From Flavobacteriaceae bacterium (lineage in GTDB: Bacteria; Bacteroidota; Bacteroidia; Flavobacteriales; Flavobacteriaceae), in contig CAXPUM010000015.1 of the NCBI GenBank assembly GCA_964220295.1, forward strand, positions 7,761-71,760: a DNA stretch of 64,000 nucleotides. Direction: 5' to 3'. The position numbers and the translations under genes are program-made. Below the pieces are notes generated by a model. That model worked only from the letters and a program-made list of their open reading frames with translations, was not told where the DNA came from and did no database searches. Shown here one piece after another: positions 63,501 through 64,000 of the stretch (positions are counted from its first letter, which is position 1; each line of letters begins with the position of its first letter).

Positions 63501-64000
63501 ATCACTAACGGAAATGTACCAATATCGTCACAGGTGAATTGCTGATTGGTCAATTCAAATTCAAGGTTTGAAATATCACTAGTGATAAATTCTGAAGTAG
63601 GGATTTCTTTAACCGGAGAATTGATGGCATCGTCTCCAAGATTTACTGTTAATTCGCCAATACACTCAAATTCATACTGCTCTTCAGTTGTAATTTCAAT
63701 AGTGACAGTACAATTACTGGTATTTCCGGCAGAATCTGTCACTGTTATAAGAACATCTGTGGTTTGTTCTATTGGTGCATCTACACCGGGCGTTTGGGAA
63801 TACGAAAGGTTGGTATCACAATTATCGGTTATCTGTAATTCCGTTTCAAAATCTGGAACCAAATATGTTTCGCCTTCCGGCAGCGTGATTTGCCAAATAT
63901 TATCAGAACAGTCGATTACCGGAGCTTCATTATCTTCAACTATAATATCAAAACTACAGGTTGAGCTATTATTGGATCCATCTGTAGCAGTAAATGTTAT
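60551..64000 (-). CDS. Giant T9SS-secreted surface adhesin with HYR / SprB-like Ig-fold repeats and three cadherin-like 'tandem-95' repeats. The C-terminal part is present; the gene continues past the right edge.
   Basis: The C-terminal ~80 aa match the T9SS type-A sorting domain (YPNPNSGSFTV...IEVFD..GR...). A classic HYR module is PPVIDCPEDIELSNDNGVCGALVEFETP.ATDNSG...ISYVARDAAGNEDTCSFKITV. The frame upstream of the track's TTG (63862) stays open to 64000 in my translation (...ITFTATDGSNNSSTCSFDIIVEDNEAPVIDCSDN...). Confidence 0.9.
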   Translation of the reverse strand: MTFTATDGSNNSSTCSFDIIVEDNEAPVIDCSDNIWQITLPEGETYLVPDFETELQITDNCDTNLSYSQTPGVDAPIEQTTDVLITVTDSAGNTSNCTVTIEITTEEQYEFECIGELTVNLGDDAINSPVKEIPTSEFITSDISNLEFELTNQQFTCDDIGTFPLVINAKDKDTGEEYSCTVNVTVKDVGKPLIICPAEVQTREIPANGVYELPEVVDQFGISDNCSDYEELEIVQVPAPGTEITEEGNYDITLTVTDKYNNVAVCEVTYRLINTSDTEPPVIDCPEDIELSNDNGVCGALVEFETPLATDNSGDPVVERTDDTGLNSGKVFPVGTTTISYVARDAAGNEDTCSFKITVTDDQAPVIECKSAYTFTFQSGTTGILDPKDLLNSYRDNCDGQNIVLEADRSQFTAADDGNTINVTVTATDSNGNSSNCTIPVTIELSNQEILRINCPQNYTVPADGNCNYWVPDFSTVVSTTIEGATITQDVLAGSSFDPNSDPYIRVTATYQDQSDYCDIYLQPEDQMAPFARCILEYQVTVNEGETVEVDPANLDGGSMDNCGIASFSLSQTQFTSDDEGLRNIQFIVTDNAGNTDECTVAIMVVVNSDGNQAPIANIDRYEVPGNQILNVSAENGILANDFDPEGDDLSIVLVNSTNFGTLTLNDDGSFQYIPDTDFFGKDTFTYYVTDGELNSETVEVSIHMLQGQNLQPIVIADEYITLINTVLNIDAPGVLINDYDPEGVELRAFLLDDASNGTVVLQEDGSFTYTPDNGFVGEDRFSYYATDEGGEGVATVTITVVDDSEGYPIAKADFYETDFNTTLNVSAQDGILANDSDPNGDEIFAVLVEDVANGLLELNSDGSFTYTPENGFSGTDFFTYHATDGEFNSSTVTVSITVNPEENTGDFRCAEDLTVFLREDATQTIAITSLYSGSADGLTLEASQLTFGCEDVGETEITLTYSGAQDGSCVIPVTVIDRTAPDLQLRDITLQIGEEGSAVLNFQDIDIGSSDLCSEEVTYELSQTEFTCDDFGNNLVEVTATDNYGNSATETIIVTVEGENCGNLPPGTKYTFVYPNPNSGSFTVATPSDVSITRIEVFDHRGRFIAAKDFKGDRMEYSMDVGPLQEAAYVLKIKSNKKDIIRRIIIKN
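61300..62180 (-). repeat. Three tandem ~95-aa (~285-nt) cadherin-like repeats inside the adhesin gene
   Basis: The recurring pattern is P(I/V)A..D.Y....N..L.V.A..G(I/V)L.ND.DP.GD.L......D...G.(L/V).L..DGSF.Y.P...F.G.D.F.Y.ATDGE.NS..V.V.I.V, seen three times. Confidence 0.8.

Noticed and set aside
1-64000. Search for CRISPR arrays, rRNA genes, IS elements, prophage or defence-island signatures
   Set aside because: I saw no short regularly spaced repeats, rRNA-like sequence, transposase/integrase/recombinase ORFs, or clusters of ATPase/nuclease/methylase genes. The only sizeable DNA repeats are the 0.75-kb PUL duplication and the diverged intragenic adhesin repeats.

Overview
This 64-kb window looks like a chromosomal segment of a Bacteroidota genome, probably a marine member of Flavobacteriia. 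The evidence is SusC/SusD pairs, a hybrid two-component regulator, a type-IX-secretion C-terminal sorting domain, a long NagB-LmbE fusion, few Shine-Dalgarno sites and AT-rich intergenic DNA. I call 44 protein genes and one tRNA-Ser(UGA). I found no rRNA, CRISPR array, transposase or integrase. Layout: (1) 1-24908 is a polysaccharide utilization locus (PUL). It holds a minus-strand operon of more than 14.6 kb (SusC, SusD, DUF3823, clan GH-A enzyme, GH2, GH43, mutarotase, DUF4965/glutaminase-like, GH127/146-like). It also holds a second, enzyme-free SusC/SusD/SusE-like cassette and a divergent HTCS regulator. (2) 24905-30437 is a GlcNAc operon (Na+/solute symporter, GH20, NagB-LmbE). (3) 30981-34804 carries envelope genes (DUF481, small membrane protein, DUF1080, vWA). 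(4) 34953-41270 is an RND efflux operon. (5) 41381-47626 carries small membrane peptides, a KirBac-like K+ channel, a 1310-aa AsmA-like protein, a short BLUF photoreceptor and the tRNA-Ser. (6) 47755-60561 carries housekeeping genes, including pcm, hbd, DUF1015, yggS, a DnaQ/GIY-YIG fusion, a Kv-like channel with a zinc ribbon, and miaA. (7) 60551 to beyond 64000 is a giant T9SS-sorted HYR/cadherin-like adhesin. The most unusual feature is a roughly 0.75-kb direct duplication with a period of exactly 5955 bp. It copies the start of the HTCS gene, the whole regulatory intergenic region and the first ~115 codons of SusC in front of two otherwise unrelated SusC genes. I see no convincing stand-alone novel multi-gene system such as a defence island. 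The other findings are single-gene or cis-element oddities with modest scores. All family assignments come from motif recognition by eye, with no database search.
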